Assembly (NCBI GenBank): GCA_951406725.2
Contig: OX597816.1
Location: 126,356,001 to 126,420,000 of the forward strand
Length of the DNA: 64,000 nt
Direction: 5' to 3'
Source of the DNA: Octopus vulgaris
Taxonomy: Eukaryota
Positions 10,351 to 25,559 of this stretch are shown in pieces. A program made the translations under genes and the position numbers. The notes below the pieces were generated by a model. That model did not search any database, was not told the origin of the DNA, and was given only the letters and a program-made list of their open reading frames with translations. Within the stretch, counting starts at the first letter, position 1. Every line of letters begins with the position of its first letter.

Positions 10351-13300
10351 AGTACAATATAGTTTCCATTTAGAAAATTAAATTTGATTAAGAATATTTC
10401 TGTAAGTTGCTCATTTAAACATAGGAGCATATAATTTAATATTACTATTTTAACTTGTAATATGTTAAAAAATTAATACCATATTTGCCCACATATAATG
10501 TGCACACTCACATAAAATGCACTTCTACTTAATTTTTTACATCAATCCAAATAAAAATCTCGAATATAAAATAAATTCATACTATTTGATAAAAACGAAG
10601 TAATTTACACAGGCATGTGTTTTATGCATTAACTTGGAATTTGATGGGCTATGTGACCCCTTGTCTCACTTTAATTTAGTGCTGACAGTTGATTAGTTAT
10701 GAAAGCTAATATTTATCAGGTGAAATATGCATGTGAAACAAGTTACATAATTATAGCAATGCAGTAAACATAATAAAATGAACCCTTAACGATGACTGAA
10801 GTTGAAAATTAAGTTGAGAATACTAATGACATAACTGTTGAAATTATGGCTACTTTGTTTTAGATATTTTTAAAAAATGATTTATAAAACTTGAATTAAC
10901 AATAATAACCTATGACAAAAATCTATAATAAAAATTTTGTAATTTTATTTATTTAATACCTTTTAGGGGCATCATTTGTAATTTATGGATTGAAACACCA
11001 AATTATGTAAGAGCTACTATATAGCAAATGTATCTAATAAAAAGTAACATCGAACCATGTATAAAAGTAAAGCAAAGCAATTTGTAGCTATGACTGTTTT
11101 AGAAATGTAGGTTATTTGATAACACAGGAAAGAAAGTTCTAAATACAAATATCAGAAATCAGAATGCTGCAGTGAAATACTTTTCCAATAAAATATGTAA
11201 ACCATAAGAATGAAAGAAATAGCAGTTTTGATCCAAGTTTATTCTAATATGACTTTATATTACTTGTTTACTCTTTTTCACATGATACTCATTATTTGGA
11301 AAATATTTGGCATCTTATTGCTTTAATAAACTAAGATTGTTTTTGAGAATATGTCTTTCATCATATCATCTATCAACATGAATACATAAGTTTAAAACTT
11401 TACAATATTGAAAATACTAGTGTCATAGATAAAACTGCAAAATGCAGAACAAAGTGATAACCTCATATAAAAATAAGCAATTATTTTTTCATTATAATTT
11501 AGTAAAAGGTGTAAAACAATTGAAATTTTATGGTATTACATGTCATTTTATTTTACTTATACACAGAAAAATATAATACATAGAAGTAAAGATATTCATT
11601 TCAATTGTCTAAGTAATATTATGAAAATAAAAAATGTGACTAAATATTCACTTTTGTATCAATAAGTTTTAACATAATGGGTGTTGTTCTTTATCAACCA
11701 TGTTACAATAACATTTTCTATCACTATAATCATTATCATTGTGACTATCATTCATTTTCTCATGCTATTAAGAAGTGGATTACTATATAATGAAAATGCT
11801 TCATCCTGCTATGCCTATTAACTGAAGAATCCAATCAGTAATCCTAATTTCTATCCTATATTCATGTCAGCACTATCATCTCTTTTGTTTGGTCAACTAG
11901 GACAGAAATTGTAACCTTATTCAATAGAAATCTTCCCTTTCTGAATGTATTCTAAAATTTTACACATGAAATACATTTTCATTTCTTGATCAGAAAAGCT
12001 TGTATATTTTCTGCTCTTCATTCACATATTTCAATATTTTATTTGCATTTGAAACTTTTTCATAAGTACACACTTATATGTGCCATATGTGGAATAGTAT
12101 TTTTGAGCAATTCATATTAATTTTTAGCATTCATATATATATACATGGTTATCAATCTTAGAATAAACATTTCCTATGTAATTATCATTGCTTTTAATAA
12201 TTGTTTAGAGTATTTCTTATTGTGTTCCAGAGAAATTTACAATTGTTTATGCTATTAATAATATGTGAGTTATAATAATTTGTGTAGATTCATTGGTTTA
12301 GATGAAATTTCTGAAAGTTGTTGGCATGAAATATTTATGGGATCTTTTTATACTATTTCTTATTTATATAGAGCTTTTATTAGAAGAATATTTATTAACA
12401 CTCAGTATGCAGAACAGTTACAAATTAAAATTTTAATCCTCCCACTTAGCAAAAAAAAAAGGATTAGGAAAAGCAAATTTCAAGGTATCTTGTATAGCAA
12501 TAACAAAACCAATCTGCACCCTTATTGTACAAAGATACAATCAAACCAAAGAATTTCATTTTAACGGTTAATTTTCTTCAATTTTCCTGTAACTGTATTT
12601 TTGGTTCATTTTCAATTGCTCTTAAGATATGAGGAATATAAAAGTTAATTAGATAGTTTTCTCACTAATGGTAATTTTTGTGAATGAACATATAGACATA
12701 TCCTTTCCACAGTCATACTAGTTTTGTTCTAATACAATGTTGCTAGAGATTTTAGTTGAGGCTGATGCTGGTATTGTGATAATTTCTATGTGACTCAATT
12801 TCAGTTCTCTCAAGAATTTATTCACCTCTCAGTACTAAACTTCTTTTTAAAAAATCCTGAACATATATCCTATCTCTTAAATGTGTCAAGTATCAAGTAA
12901 GCTTTTAATAAGCATTGAGCTGCTATAACTTCATGATAGAGGAATTTCATGATAAATTTTGTTCACTGAAATTTAAAATTTGTCTAATAGTACAGTCTAG
13001 CATATGAACTTTTCTGTCTATCTTTTTTCTCAGTGCATTTTTCTTTAAATAATTCTCGACACTTCTTACAATTTTTAGATTCTCTTTTTTTTATTATAAA
13101 TTTTCACAGATTAGTAGATAATTATTTAAATTTAATTTTTTCTCAACAAAAATTCATAGATTATTTGTTCTAATATCTCTTAACAACTCATTCTGATACT
13201 TTTCTTCACCCTCTCACTTTGTATATACATCTGTGTTATTGCGTATATATTTTTCTCTTGCCCAGACTTTCTGCTTTTCTACTCACATACCCAAATTTCA

Positions 13301-14689
13301 CGATCTGCCTTTCAACATACTTTATCATGACCCTTTTATTACAATATTTCTCTTGAAATACACTGACTTCGTTTTAATTAATTCTGAAAATAAGGAAAAA
13401 TTTAATAAAATAACTTTGCCATTATTGAACTAGTATTCGTGCTTAAATTAACAATGTTCTTACTCCTTATTTTTAATTTGAATCACTTAGTACAATAAAT
13501 TTTAAATGCCTTTTACAGTAAGCTCAGATTATAAAGACAAATTTTATTTAATTTTCAAATTGGATATTAATTTGTACAATTCTTTGTTTGATATATTTTT
13601 TAAGAAGTCTTATACAGTGTTTTTTTTGTTGTACTTTTCATTATCAATAAAACTGAGTAGATGAATTACATAACACTAGCCTAATTTTCTAAAGCAATAA
13701 ATCTTTAAATTTTAGTCATTGTAGATCAGAGTTGATGTCCATTAGAAAATATTTCAAAGAATAATTTAAATGATCGTCATATAGCTTATAGAATTTCTCT
13801 TTGTGAACTGATAACTGCAGCAGGTAATTAATATGAAACAGTTGTCCACAATATAGAGACAGTTTCTAAACCGTATAATAAATAACTGTCAGCTGCAAAA
13901 AATCATAATACAAAAAGTGTGTTCCAAGTAAATCATAGCAATTAATTACCAATTCTCAAAGTTATGTGCCATTTTTTTTAAAGACATTATAGCAAAATTA
14001 GTAAGTAACTTGTTTGAGTGGATAAGTGTCCTCAAGTCCCCTCTAAATCTATTACTGATTGTTATATATTTTACTTTTAGTCAAGACATTTTATGAAGTG
14101 GAGAATCAGAATGTATTTGCACATTTTTTAATCAAGAAGCATTAACTTGTAGCATTCATTTTTTTGTTTATTTTGTATTTTCCTACATAAGTCTTACTGA
14201 TAAATAGCTTTTCTAAATTTGCTAGTTTCCCTTTCAATATCTCCATTGATGAAGATTCTTTATCTAGCTTCTTACTCTTCCAATATGTCAACTGCTGAAA
14301 GTATTTCCTCTAATTTTGTCATCTCTTCACAATGTCTCTGCTGATAAAGCCTATTGACCAAATAGCCACAAAATTTCATAAATCATGCTGACAATGTACC
14401 TCTGCGTGACAGCTTGTGTCACCCTTTGTTAACTTTGTTGATAACCAGTCAAGAAAAAATAAGGTAAGGTAGAATCCACTTCTAAATTCAAACCCCCCAA
14501 ATTCTCCAAGTAATACGTTTATTTAATTTTTTCATTTGTTGTGTTAAAATATATGCAATCACTAAAATAACATAATCTCATACTTGTCAAACTCACACTG
14601 TCTTCCTCATAGCTCTATTTCTAAAGAATGGCAATAAGCTTGGATATTTGCAAGTATAGGAAATTGAGTTCCAGTGATTAAGATACTCA

Positions 14690-16450
14690 CTAGAAATTGG
14701 TGAAATGAATTGCAGACATTGTTTTATATTCAGTTATCATATATCGGCTACTGGCTCCTGCAACTACAGAATTAAAAAACGTTCCATTCTGTGATTGGAA
14801 AATTGCTTTAGGTGATAAACATTGCATGATTAACAACCATGCAAAAAGCATCAAGTATGAAAACAATGCAATTCACTTTGTACAAGTTCTTCATCAAGTT
14901 GATGGTAAACACCGTCCATAAAATTATCAAGCAAAACAAAGAAAGAAATACTGTTAATATTCCATTTAATAATTCAGCTGGCCAAAAAGAACTACATGGA
15001 TCATAGAATTTTAAAAAATACAGGGATTTAGGTTACTTTCGGTATTTCATTAGGTGAAAAGCAGAGTAAAAAAGCTACACATTTATTATTACACATGCAA
15101 AATAAATCAATAAATTTTTCTGTTGTTGTGTCAGACGAAATTAGGTCACTATTTGTAAATGACTTGAAGGATGCTAATTTTTTGTCAGTGACTACCAATG
15201 AAATACAGGATGCATCTATTGAATCACAACTTTTGTTAGTAGTGTAGAAAATGTTTAACTTTTTGGTGAGTGCATGAAAATTCCTCAAGCAAATGCATCA
15301 GTAACAAATAAATGCTATTGCTAAAACTTTTAATGGTTGGGCATACCAATTGAAAAATTCAGTGGGCAGAGATATATCACTTTTTTTATAATGACTAACT
15401 ACTGATTATGAAAAGCTGCAAAGATGTACTTGTCAGGAATTCCAGGGCTGTGTTGGAATGATTATCATGGTTTCTCTTGAGTAGTGTGAATTGTAAAAAT
15501 ATCAATTATTCTCTATTGGGGGATTTAAGAATAAGATCAACATTTTTGATTTTGACTTGATGCATGAAACTATAAATTATTTGTTTAAAAAAATACTGGT
15601 AAACCATGCCAACACTTTCTGAAACTAGGTGGATATCTGAAACATACTCCCTTTTTTGGACAATGAGGTCATTATACAGATATATCCATGCTACTGCACA
15701 TATTCAGTTCTGAATCAATTTGTAATTTTTCATGCTGTCTTTGCACACATAAGAAAAATGCAAAATAAATTTATCAATTTCTTTTTATTGTATCAAAAAT
15801 AAAATGAGGTTAATACTGTTTGACCTAAGAAAGCTAAGCTTTTTGTCAATGAGGTTTATAAAGAAGTAAAAACAATTGTATACAAAATTAATATGGACTG
15901 CATCCAGCTAAAGAAACAACAAGTAATGTCACCAGTCAAACTCCCCTAGTAATTCAGTTAAAAATTATCATCACCAAAACACTAATTATTGCTTATGAAT
16001 CTCATAAAACTCTCTTTAAAAATAAGGTTTCCAAGCTCAGTCTTGTGTTTCTTGCCAATTTGATCATGTGACACCAAATTTTAATATCAATCAGGGAACA
16101 ATATAAGGAAGAAATGATAAAATTATGACTCATTTCATCAAGAAGTTGATGTTTAACGAGTAATGAGTACTAAAATTTCTAAGGAAATTCTCACTCTGCA
16201 AGATCTGTATATTTCTTCACAAATATTCATGTGATCTTAGAGTTTCTAGCTTCTCTACCAGTTAGGTCTGTGGTGAGTAGAAGATCAATCACTGTACTAC
16301 AAAGACTGAAAACATGTTGCTAAACCACTAGAGTGGCAAAATAACTCATAGTTTAGTCTCATTGAATATTTATCAAAATGACCAGAAGATGATGGCCATT
16401 AACAAAGAAAATATACTGTGCAGAAATAATTTGTCAAGCTGTCTAAAGAC
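14690..16450 (+). pseudogene. Decayed hAT transposase
   Basis: ~15170 reads DANFLSVTTNEIQDASIESQL (FS...DE..D.S..EQL type); ~16250-16370 reads LASLPVRSVVSRRSITVLQRLKTCC*TT (hAT C-terminal dimerisation motif). Confidence 0.55.
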
Positions 16451-16809
16451 AGGTAATTATTTCTCTTTTTCATGCCAGTAATACACTTATATTACATTGT
16501 ATTGATACTTTACTTCATAAATGAGAACTGGCATTTAATGAGCACTCTAAACATCTGCAAATGGCACCCTGTAAAGTTTTTCAGTAATTAATTTTTGAAG
16601 AAATGATTGTAAATGGCATGAATATAATGTTGTTACTTTTCTGATTTGTTTCAACACAGAAACATCAAAATATTATAAAAACTGTTTAATTTATGAATAA
16701 AATTTCAGAAAATTAATTGGGATTTTGAGGAAATCGAAACAAATATGATTGTTTGGATATATTACATCATTTTAATTCAAATATAGTAAGATGTCAATTT
16801 GTATATATA

Positions 16810-17729
16810 TATTGGGTCATCCCATAAATAATGCAGTTTTTAAAAATTTCTTTTATTTTTCAAAATTATGATAAACAAAGTTCTTTTTCAATCTAAAATA
16901 TACTCTACTTCATTTTTTGCAATGCTCTTCCAGCTCTCTGGTAGACTTGCAAGGCCCCTCTTACAAAATTCACTTCTCTGTGATGAAAAATACTTCTACT
17001 GTACTGTTCTAACCTCGTCTACAGAATTCATATTGTTTCCGTCCAAATGATTTGGAATTCTGCAGAATAAATTGTAATTTGATGGGGGTAATGTGCAGTG
17101 AACATGTTGGGTGGAGTATCGTTTCTCATTCAAACTGTTCCAGCCTTTGAAATGTCAGCCTCACTGTATGTAGCCAAGCATTATCCTGATGGAAGAATAC
17201 CTGTCCTCTTGAAACCAATGTTGGATATATTTCTTCTAGCGCTGGTGTCGATGAATGGTTGAATGACCAAATCCAAGTTTCTCTGTTAGTTCCTCAAAAG
17301 TTACGATGGGATACTGATCCCCCAGAGTTTGCAGGACGTCCTCATCTAGCTCTGCAGATCATCTGGATTGAGGCTCGACTTCTAGGCTGTAGTTTCCAGG
17401 TCAGAATTTCTGGAACCACTATTGACACTGGCTTACACTTATTGGTCCGATCCCCATATATGGCCTTAGTATTCCTCGCATTTCCCCTTGCTTTGTTGCC
17501 TTTATTGAACTCGTAAAGCAAAATATATCGAATATGCTCTTTGTCACTTCCATTATAGCTTTGGAAAAATAACTTTTAAAATCATACTGCACTCTCCAAA
17601 ACTTGCACAAAGAATAAGTACATGTTAAAATTACTATCTGCTTTGATGGCAAGTTGATACAGATAGTTTATTCCCTCCCCCTCCAACTTTTAGTTCATGC
17701 AATTGAAACAACCACATTATTTATGAGAT

Positions 17730-17732
<3 letters not shown>
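16810..17732 (-). mobile_element. Internally deleted mariner element
   Basis: TIRs GTCATCCCATAAATAATG / CATTATTTATGAGATGAC within TA tracts; frameshifted minus-strand MEVTK/HIRYILLYEFNKGNKA...YGDRTIS...WFQKF. Confidence 0.8.
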
Positions 17733-17773
<41 letters not shown>

Positions 17774-18444
17774 GATTAAAGTCTAGATATGAAATTTTAC
17801 AATCTAGCTACGAAACCTTATTTTCAGTAGTGTGTTGGCAGAGCACGTTCACCACTTAAGACAACCAGACGTCATCCACGGTAAATGGTGTTAGGCCGTT
17901 GGATCTACGTTAGGAATTCTTCGCTGCACATTGAGTACATTCTAAATGATAGATACAGAAGACACAATGTATTGTAAACATTATTTATCACAACAATCTT
18001 TTTGGCATACTTCTCCACTGCTCCCAAGTGGGTGGGGAACGATATAATGAAATCGAATGCACCCCACAGTGCAGAAGGAACCTCATCAGGTGACATAATT
18101 GGCTTCTAAGTCATAAAATTTACATTTCGTTCGTAGGTGTAGCTAGATGATGTTGTTATTATTGGTATGTTGGTAGTAGTCGGTTCCCAAAATACGTTCG
18201 TGAAACAGAATAAGCGTGGTGTGTATTCAGAGTTCAACAGGCAGGAAGTGGTTGATAAAAAATACAAAATAGAATGCAAAGAATATAGAGGTAGGTCTTA
18301 ATGGCTTTGGAATGACCGATGGATTCACTACCACCTACGGTTATTTACTGTCCTAAATAATGTACTTTGCCATGATATGTCTTTTTTTAGAGATGAGCAT
18401 CCCACCACATACAATACATGCTTAAATGTCTCAAATATGTGTAT

Positions 18445-19445
18445 ATGCTGAAGTGTCATTATCCTGGCATAGAAGAACTCTTTTGTTTCAGACTCCAAGA
18501 AACTTCCTACAGCGTCTATGACGTCCTTGTCACTGGCAAAATGGCGACCAGCCAGGGCATTTTTCATTTTTGGGAATAGATGAAAAGCAAAGGGAGCTAA
18601 GTTTGGCAAATAAGGTGGATGGGGAACAAGCTCGTATCTACAATCACGAATTCTTGCCATGGCAACCACTGAGGTGTGGGCTGGAGCATTGTTATAATGA
18701 AAAAGGACTCCTTTGGTGAGCATTCTTGGCCTTTTTTCTTTGATTGCTTCTCGGAGGCGTTTCAGTAGCTGAGAATAATACAGCCCTGTCACGGTGTGAC
18801 CCTTTTCAAGGTAATCGATCAGGACACCTTGAGAATCCAAAAACAGAAACGGACGCCATGACCTTGCCAGCTGAAGGAATGACCCTGGCCTTCTTTGGAG
18901 TAGGAGAAGATATGTGTTTCCACTGCTTTGATTGTTCTTTGGTTTCAGACTGGTAGTGATGAACCCAGTTTTTGTCCATAGTAATGAAACAAGCAAGAAA
19001 ATTCCCTTCATTGGCTTCATACAATTCCAGATTGTACGTAGGCAAAGTGCACCTGGTGCGTTTCTGTTCAGAAGTCAAAAGGCGAGGGACCCACTTTGCG
19101 GAAACCTTTGAGAACCCAAGTTCTTTTGTCACAATGTTGTCTGCTATTTCAGTTGAGATGCCCAGTCTCTCAGCTATCAGACATGATATTCGGTGATCTT
19201 GCATTATCATACCAAGAGCAAAGCCAAGGTTGTCCTTGGTGGTTGCAGTTGGAGGTCTCCCTGGTGTGGGATCATATTCCACACTCTCCCTGCCAAGCTT
19301 GAATTCATTTACCCAGCGTTTGACTGTTGCATATGAAGAAGCATTGTCTGTTAAGGTTCTCACCATATCTTCATAGATTTCTGATGAAGTCATGCTTTCA
19401 AATGAAAGTACTTCATGACAGCATGATACTCAGTTTTCTCCATTC
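18445..19445 (-). pseudogene. Mariner transposase pseudogene (frameshifted, ends truncated)
   Basis: ORFs 18806-19393 and 18328-19020 give WVPRLLT, ITMDKNWVHHY, FHYNNAPAH, HPPYLPNLAP; catalytic aspartates partly mutated; start MEKTEYHAV at 19443. Confidence 0.93.
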
Positions 19446-19499
19446 TCCTTGTAACCTCGACATTTGTTAATTCAAAAATTTGCAACAAGAATAAATTAG

Positions 19500-20378
19500 A
19501 ATATCCAAAAATTAGTATAACCAAAAATAGTGAATCTCTCAAACATAAACCTTTCAACCCAGCAAATCAAAATCCTTTCAAAAGGACTAAACTTCACTCC
19601 AACCCCACAATACCCTAACCTGAGTGAAATACAGGATGCTGTCTCATACTTTTGCAGAAAATTACACCTCACAGAGGAATTTTTTGACAAAGAAATTAAT
19701 AACGAGGAATCAAGACCAATTATAAGGCAGAAACAAAATTTTGGACAAATTTTGTGACTACATTACAAACTTTCCTTATAGCGAATTTCCACAACCTAAA
19801 CCCAAGCCCAATATCAGTAAAAGGGAATGGGAAATCATCTATGAGTTACAAAACAATCATGACATGACAATCAAGGGAACAGAAAAGAGTAGTACTGTCG
19901 TCATTATGGATACTGAACAGTACAAAAACTCTGTATCTCACCTCTTACAAGATACTACCTACTATGAAAGAGTAGTCAACCACCAACAATCAATAACAAT
20001 TACCAAATTAAACACATTCATTTGCCAACATCGAAATAACTTAACGGCAAAGGAAGGTGACTACCTAACAAATTTTAATTGCAAAACCAGCATCCTCTAT
20101 GGGCTTCCAAGAATCCACAAGAGCAAGATAATTACCAAAGCTTGCAAAAAGTTCACTTCAACCTGCATCACTGTACCACATCCCACTGATCTCAAACTGA
20201 GACCAACTGTGGCAGGTGCAAACCGCGAAGCACACAGATTAAGCAACTTCATCGATGTACTCTTAAAACCAATACTTAAATACATACCAAGTATTGTAAG
20301 AGATGATGGACCTACTAAATCCTCTCCCCAAACATACCAATAAAGACATTTTCATTGTCTCCTTTGATGTAATTAACC
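19500..20378 (+). pseudogene. Decayed PLE RT N-terminal fragment, related to the 3489 element
   Basis: IVNLSNINLS...ILSKGLNFTPTP, LYGLPRIHK, LKLRP, HRLSNFID, SFDVIN; contains frameshifts and is 3' truncated. Confidence 0.9.
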
Positions 20379-20868
20379 ATTTTTAAGATTGTCATTTAAA
20401 TGTTTACTAGCATAACCAATTCTATTAATAATTATTGTGATAAGTGTGAATTTATAATCTGGATAGAGTAATTGCAAGTTTTAAATCAGTTGTCCATAAT
20501 TATTCTTCTCACTGATTTTGGAAGAGATGCTCACATTTTCATAGGAATTGATCACTATGACTATACATGGTTCTTCTTTTCTCTCCTGAGCAACTATATG
20601 TATGTATGTGCATGTATATGTAGGTATGTACGTGTGTGTGTGTGCATGTGGTGTTTATGTGTTCGGCAGAATATCAATTGGTGAAAGGAATGGTTATGTA
20701 ACAATGTGAGTTTTGTAAAGTTATTTAGTATGTTATTTAATGGTTTTCATATTTGGAAACTGACCATACTATTGAGATGCCTGTAGTGATGTTATGAACT
20801 AGCCACCTGTTTTTGTTTAGTATATATATATTTATGTATATATATCTATATCTATCTATATATATATA

Positions 20869-21149
20869 GTGGTGGTGGTGTTACACACCATACTAATCAT
20901 ATCTGTCAGGCATGTGGAAGAGAGTGTAATTCGGCAGGAGGACTTAAATGACATGCAAAGGTACATGAAGCCCAGTTACAACTACAGCCGGTTATTACCG
21001 GTAAAGGTTTTAGTTGCCAATTCTGTACAAGACATTGTAGATCTTTGGGTGGGCTAAAAAGTCACATTCGATCACAGCACCAGTAACAGTTAAGCTTCGT
21101 GCAATGGCCATACTCGATAATGAGGGGGCAGCCATAATAATAATAATAA

Positions 21150-21150
<1 letters not shown>
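20869..21150 (+). mobile_element. RTE-clade LINE 3' end with C2H2 finger and (TAA)n tail
   Basis: [25 protein letters not shown] followed by a short UTR and (ATA)n. Confidence 0.7.
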
Positions 21151-21512
<362 letters not shown>

Positions 21513-24500
21513 AAGATCTCTGTTTGGAGTCATCAGTGATAAACTATATGAGTTATGGCAACTAAATAAATATGCAGTCATTTAAGTGGGTATTTTGGAA
21601 TTACCTATTTGGTCATGGAACACATAATGTAGGTGTTACAATTTTATATCTAAGATAAGGCATTGCATCTCCTGGATCAACTCTATGAAAATTAGTGAGT
21701 TTATCACTATGGAATTAAACTTACCAATAAAAGTTTAAGGTTACTAATTCACAGAAGACTGGTGGTTTGGTTTGAGAATAACTAGAAACTGATGGGCTCA
21801 TAAGGATTTATACATAAATACTACTTGAATATACTTGCAAGATATACATTCAGTTTGGATGGTACTCTGAAAATTATTTACCAAAATATAAGTAAATAAT
21901 TTTTTCAGAATATAAATTGAACTGATATGTACTTTGGTTGATAATTTTCTAATTTGTAGATGCTTGTAAATTTAGTTTCTAAGAGAAAATCAGATTCTAA
22001 TATGTTAGTATTGTCTCATACAAATTCTACTTTAATGATTTGATATTTTGTAATACTTCCAAATCTCAGATAAACTATCATAGTTTTCAGCTAGAAGCAG
22101 CTCAGTTCATGACTAATCTAATAGTACTGCGTGTTAAGAAGTTGTTTATATGTTGGTATAACAAGAATTCATCTTAGCCAGATTAGTGTTTTTCAAAGAC
22201 TTTGCTTAATTCTGCAAGAGAGTTCTTAAAGAATATATTTCAGCTATTGTATGCTTTAACATAGTGGAATGTTGAAACAGTAGTGTGTATGAATCATATT
22301 GTATTTAGCAACATGCTTTTACATTCTGAGTTCAAATCTTGGTGTGATAACATTTTTTTAGCTTAAATCTTGGTATGTGTTTATTTACCACTAGAGTTGG
22401 AAAAAGAATACATTTAAGATAAAGGACTCAAGTTTGCCTCTCCCTTACAAATTTGTAGCCATGTGCTAAATATGAAAAATCATTATTACTTTTGATATTG
22501 TTTATATTTTTAATTTCACACTTTAATTAGTAGGGATTTTTAAGCATTATTTTGATGGTTTAGTTTTTTTCTTCAATAACTTTCATTTAAAACTTTTCAT
22601 TTGATGATTTTTATTCAGACCTTTTAATGAAGATATTGTTTCTGATCGCCAAAATTTATTCTTTGCATAATTAAGCAAGTACTATTTCTTTTTCTCTGAG
22701 AAAAATTTTCTACATATTTATTTTGAATTTTTGATGTGGAATTATATTTTAGTTTTTCTTATCTATGTTTTTAATATTTCCATTCTATTGAATTTCTAAC
22801 ATTTGAAAATCATTGTTGTGTCTTTTGAGTTGTCTAGTATTCCATGTGTATCTGTGTAGGGTTTTCCAATTGTCATTTACAAGAAGTTCTTGAGGTGTAA
22901 TGTGATATCAAGCAGAAGTCCCATAGCCTTCCTTGTGTCTTATTTCCATTTTTCTTTTCAATTATCATCCCTAGTGTGTCAAAATTGAAGAGAAGCTAAA
23001 CCAAGAAATAAGTTTTAATGGCAAGCTCTCATTTAGTATTTAATTCCCACAAGACCTAGATAACTCTATGTTGAATTAATGAATGGTACAGTGCATATCT
23101 TATGAAACATTAATAAGTTTGTTTCAGCACCATATCTAAGCAAATGTTTGTTTTAAATGCTGTGTGTTATACAATCAGAAACATTTCATTAAGAAAATAT
23201 CTGTGAAAATCTATTTTACTATACATTTTGCTGTTCTCCTTTTTTTTTACTACTGTTATATATTTTGAAGGTAAACTACTGTCAAATTATCTTATATAGC
23301 ACATTCATTTGTTTAAATGCAAAAATGTAATTTTCATGTAGATTTGTAGTATTTAATCAAGTCGCTATTTCTTTAAAACATAATGTGAGAAAATATGTAT
23401 TCCTAATCTTATAACTTATTTTACATTGATATGTTGTGGTACCTCTAAGTATTCATTTTTCTTTGAAATGAAACATATTTATTCTCTATTTTTGTTAATT
23501 ACTTTTAAATAGAGAAATAAGAAATTTTTTTAAAGTTTATTTTGATTTCCATTTATTTATTTTATGTACAGAATATTTAACATTATACATGAGTGTTTTT
23601 TTAACATAAAAGCAGGTTTAGAATGAAGACTTGCTATTCAGTGCCCTTTTTAATTCCATTCTCAAATTTTGTTCATGCTTTACATCTAGACTTCCTACAA
23701 CTCTCATTATTTTGAGCTGTTGAAGAGCAGTGTTTAATAATAGGGCATTTTATGTTAGATTCATTCAGGAAATTAAACTTAACAATTTACCTGGAAATTA
23801 AAAAAATGCAAACACTGTTTATTGAGTAAAGTTAAATGTTAAGGTGGTATGGTGATAAATATTGCTAAAAAAGGATGAAAAGGAAAAACTTCTCAAGTTG
23901 TCAGCAAGAAGGAGCTGTATAAAAGCTGTGTAAAAAAGTTGGAAAAAATATTATTTTCATCTCATAATAAAATCTGAAAATCTATTAAAAGGTTGGTTGG
24001 AAGAATATATCCAATAGAAACAATAATTTTTGACGGTGCAAAACATTTGTCCATGCAATATTCCCTTTTCTACCATATTTTTAAATGTATTTTTCTATAC
24101 TTCTCACTTTTTTGCGTGATCTTTCAGTATATTTAATTTTTTTCAACTTATGTAATCAATTTTTGTTTTTGCATGTTTCCCCTTTTATTGTAAGCCTACA
24201 AAAATCAAAGCAAATATTATTTCCATTGAAGTAATGCATCTATTTCTTCTCTTCTGTGTACAAAATGCCTTTCTATAATATATGTTTACCCATTCTTTCC
24301 CTAATTGAATAAAAAAGAAAAGATAGAAAGGTTTCCAATATGGCAAATAGGTTGATGTATATTAATATTTGACAGTGGGTTGATGTATATTAATATTTGA
24401 CAGTGGAAAGATTAGATGATGCTCTTTTCACATCTGTTTCTCTATTGAGAAGAAACTTGTAATATTAAATATTTACCCTCAAAACCTAATATATATAGTG

Positions 24501-25559
24501 TAAAAAAAGATAGATTTTATTTTGGTTTTACTTTATATAAGAACACTTTTCATCAATGAAATCTCAAGTGATAGAAGTAAGATGGCAGAGTATGTATGAT
24601 ACTGAGTTTCCAGCTTATGGTTTATGAGTTCAGATGCTCTTCAGTATATTATTGTGTTTCTAAACATGACATTATTCTATGTTTCAGGGTCGTTGTTACT
24701 AGCCTTAGATCTGCAAGTTAGTTATGACCATCCCATCTTTTTTACAAACATAGTATATCTAAGACTATTTTACTCTATACATTCATTTTTAATCCAAATG
24801 CATGTAATTTGCAGGAGATTTATCTGACAAGTGAAAAATGTCAAACACACCACATCCATCTAGAAGGCAGTGGTTTAGAGGCCTCTTTGACATGTTCCTA
24901 GTTTCTAGTGATATATACATTGGACTGACTTTCTATTCAATATGATGTTTATTTCTCCTGCAAATATCAATAGGTTTCTGAAATTTGTGTATTGATGAAT
25001 TTTTTATAGGATAGCTCTGATTTTATAAATATATGTATAATATATGTCCTTTCTTCCAATAGTCATAAAAAGCATTATACTGTTTAGATTTCATGAGAAA
25101 GAAATATTAAAGCTATTGAGAATTACTCATGGATCTGTAGCAGGTGTAGTAACAAAAAGTATTGGCAAAGAATGCAAAACTGTCTTAGGTGATTATCTTT
25201 GTTCATTGCTTTTTGTTCCTTTTTACTTCATTACTTTAAGCATTATCAATTTTATTATCCTAAAAATTTATATCTAATGATTCTTAAATATGATATCACT
25301 CAACACTTTCTATATAATGTTGCCTAATTATTCATTCAAGTCTTTTCAATATTTTGTGGTTGTGGTCATAGTTTGAAATTCACACAAAGATTGTGAACAT
25401 GAATTGCAATAGAAGAAAATATTTAGAAATTTCCTCGTAACATTATTTTAAATTATATATATATATATACATCATACTAATATTGGTTGGATGGCCAACT
25501 AAATGACATATAAGCAAGTATCATCCACTTTTTTTTCTTTTTTGTTTCTTATTTTCAGT

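Noticed and set aside
18076-18135. Possible type II hammerhead on the minus strand (GAAC-GAAA...GTCAC-CTGATGA-GGTTC)
   Set aside because: Stem III does not pair and stems I and II need mismatches.
24350-24406. 28-bp tandem duplication
   Set aside because: Ordinary local slippage.
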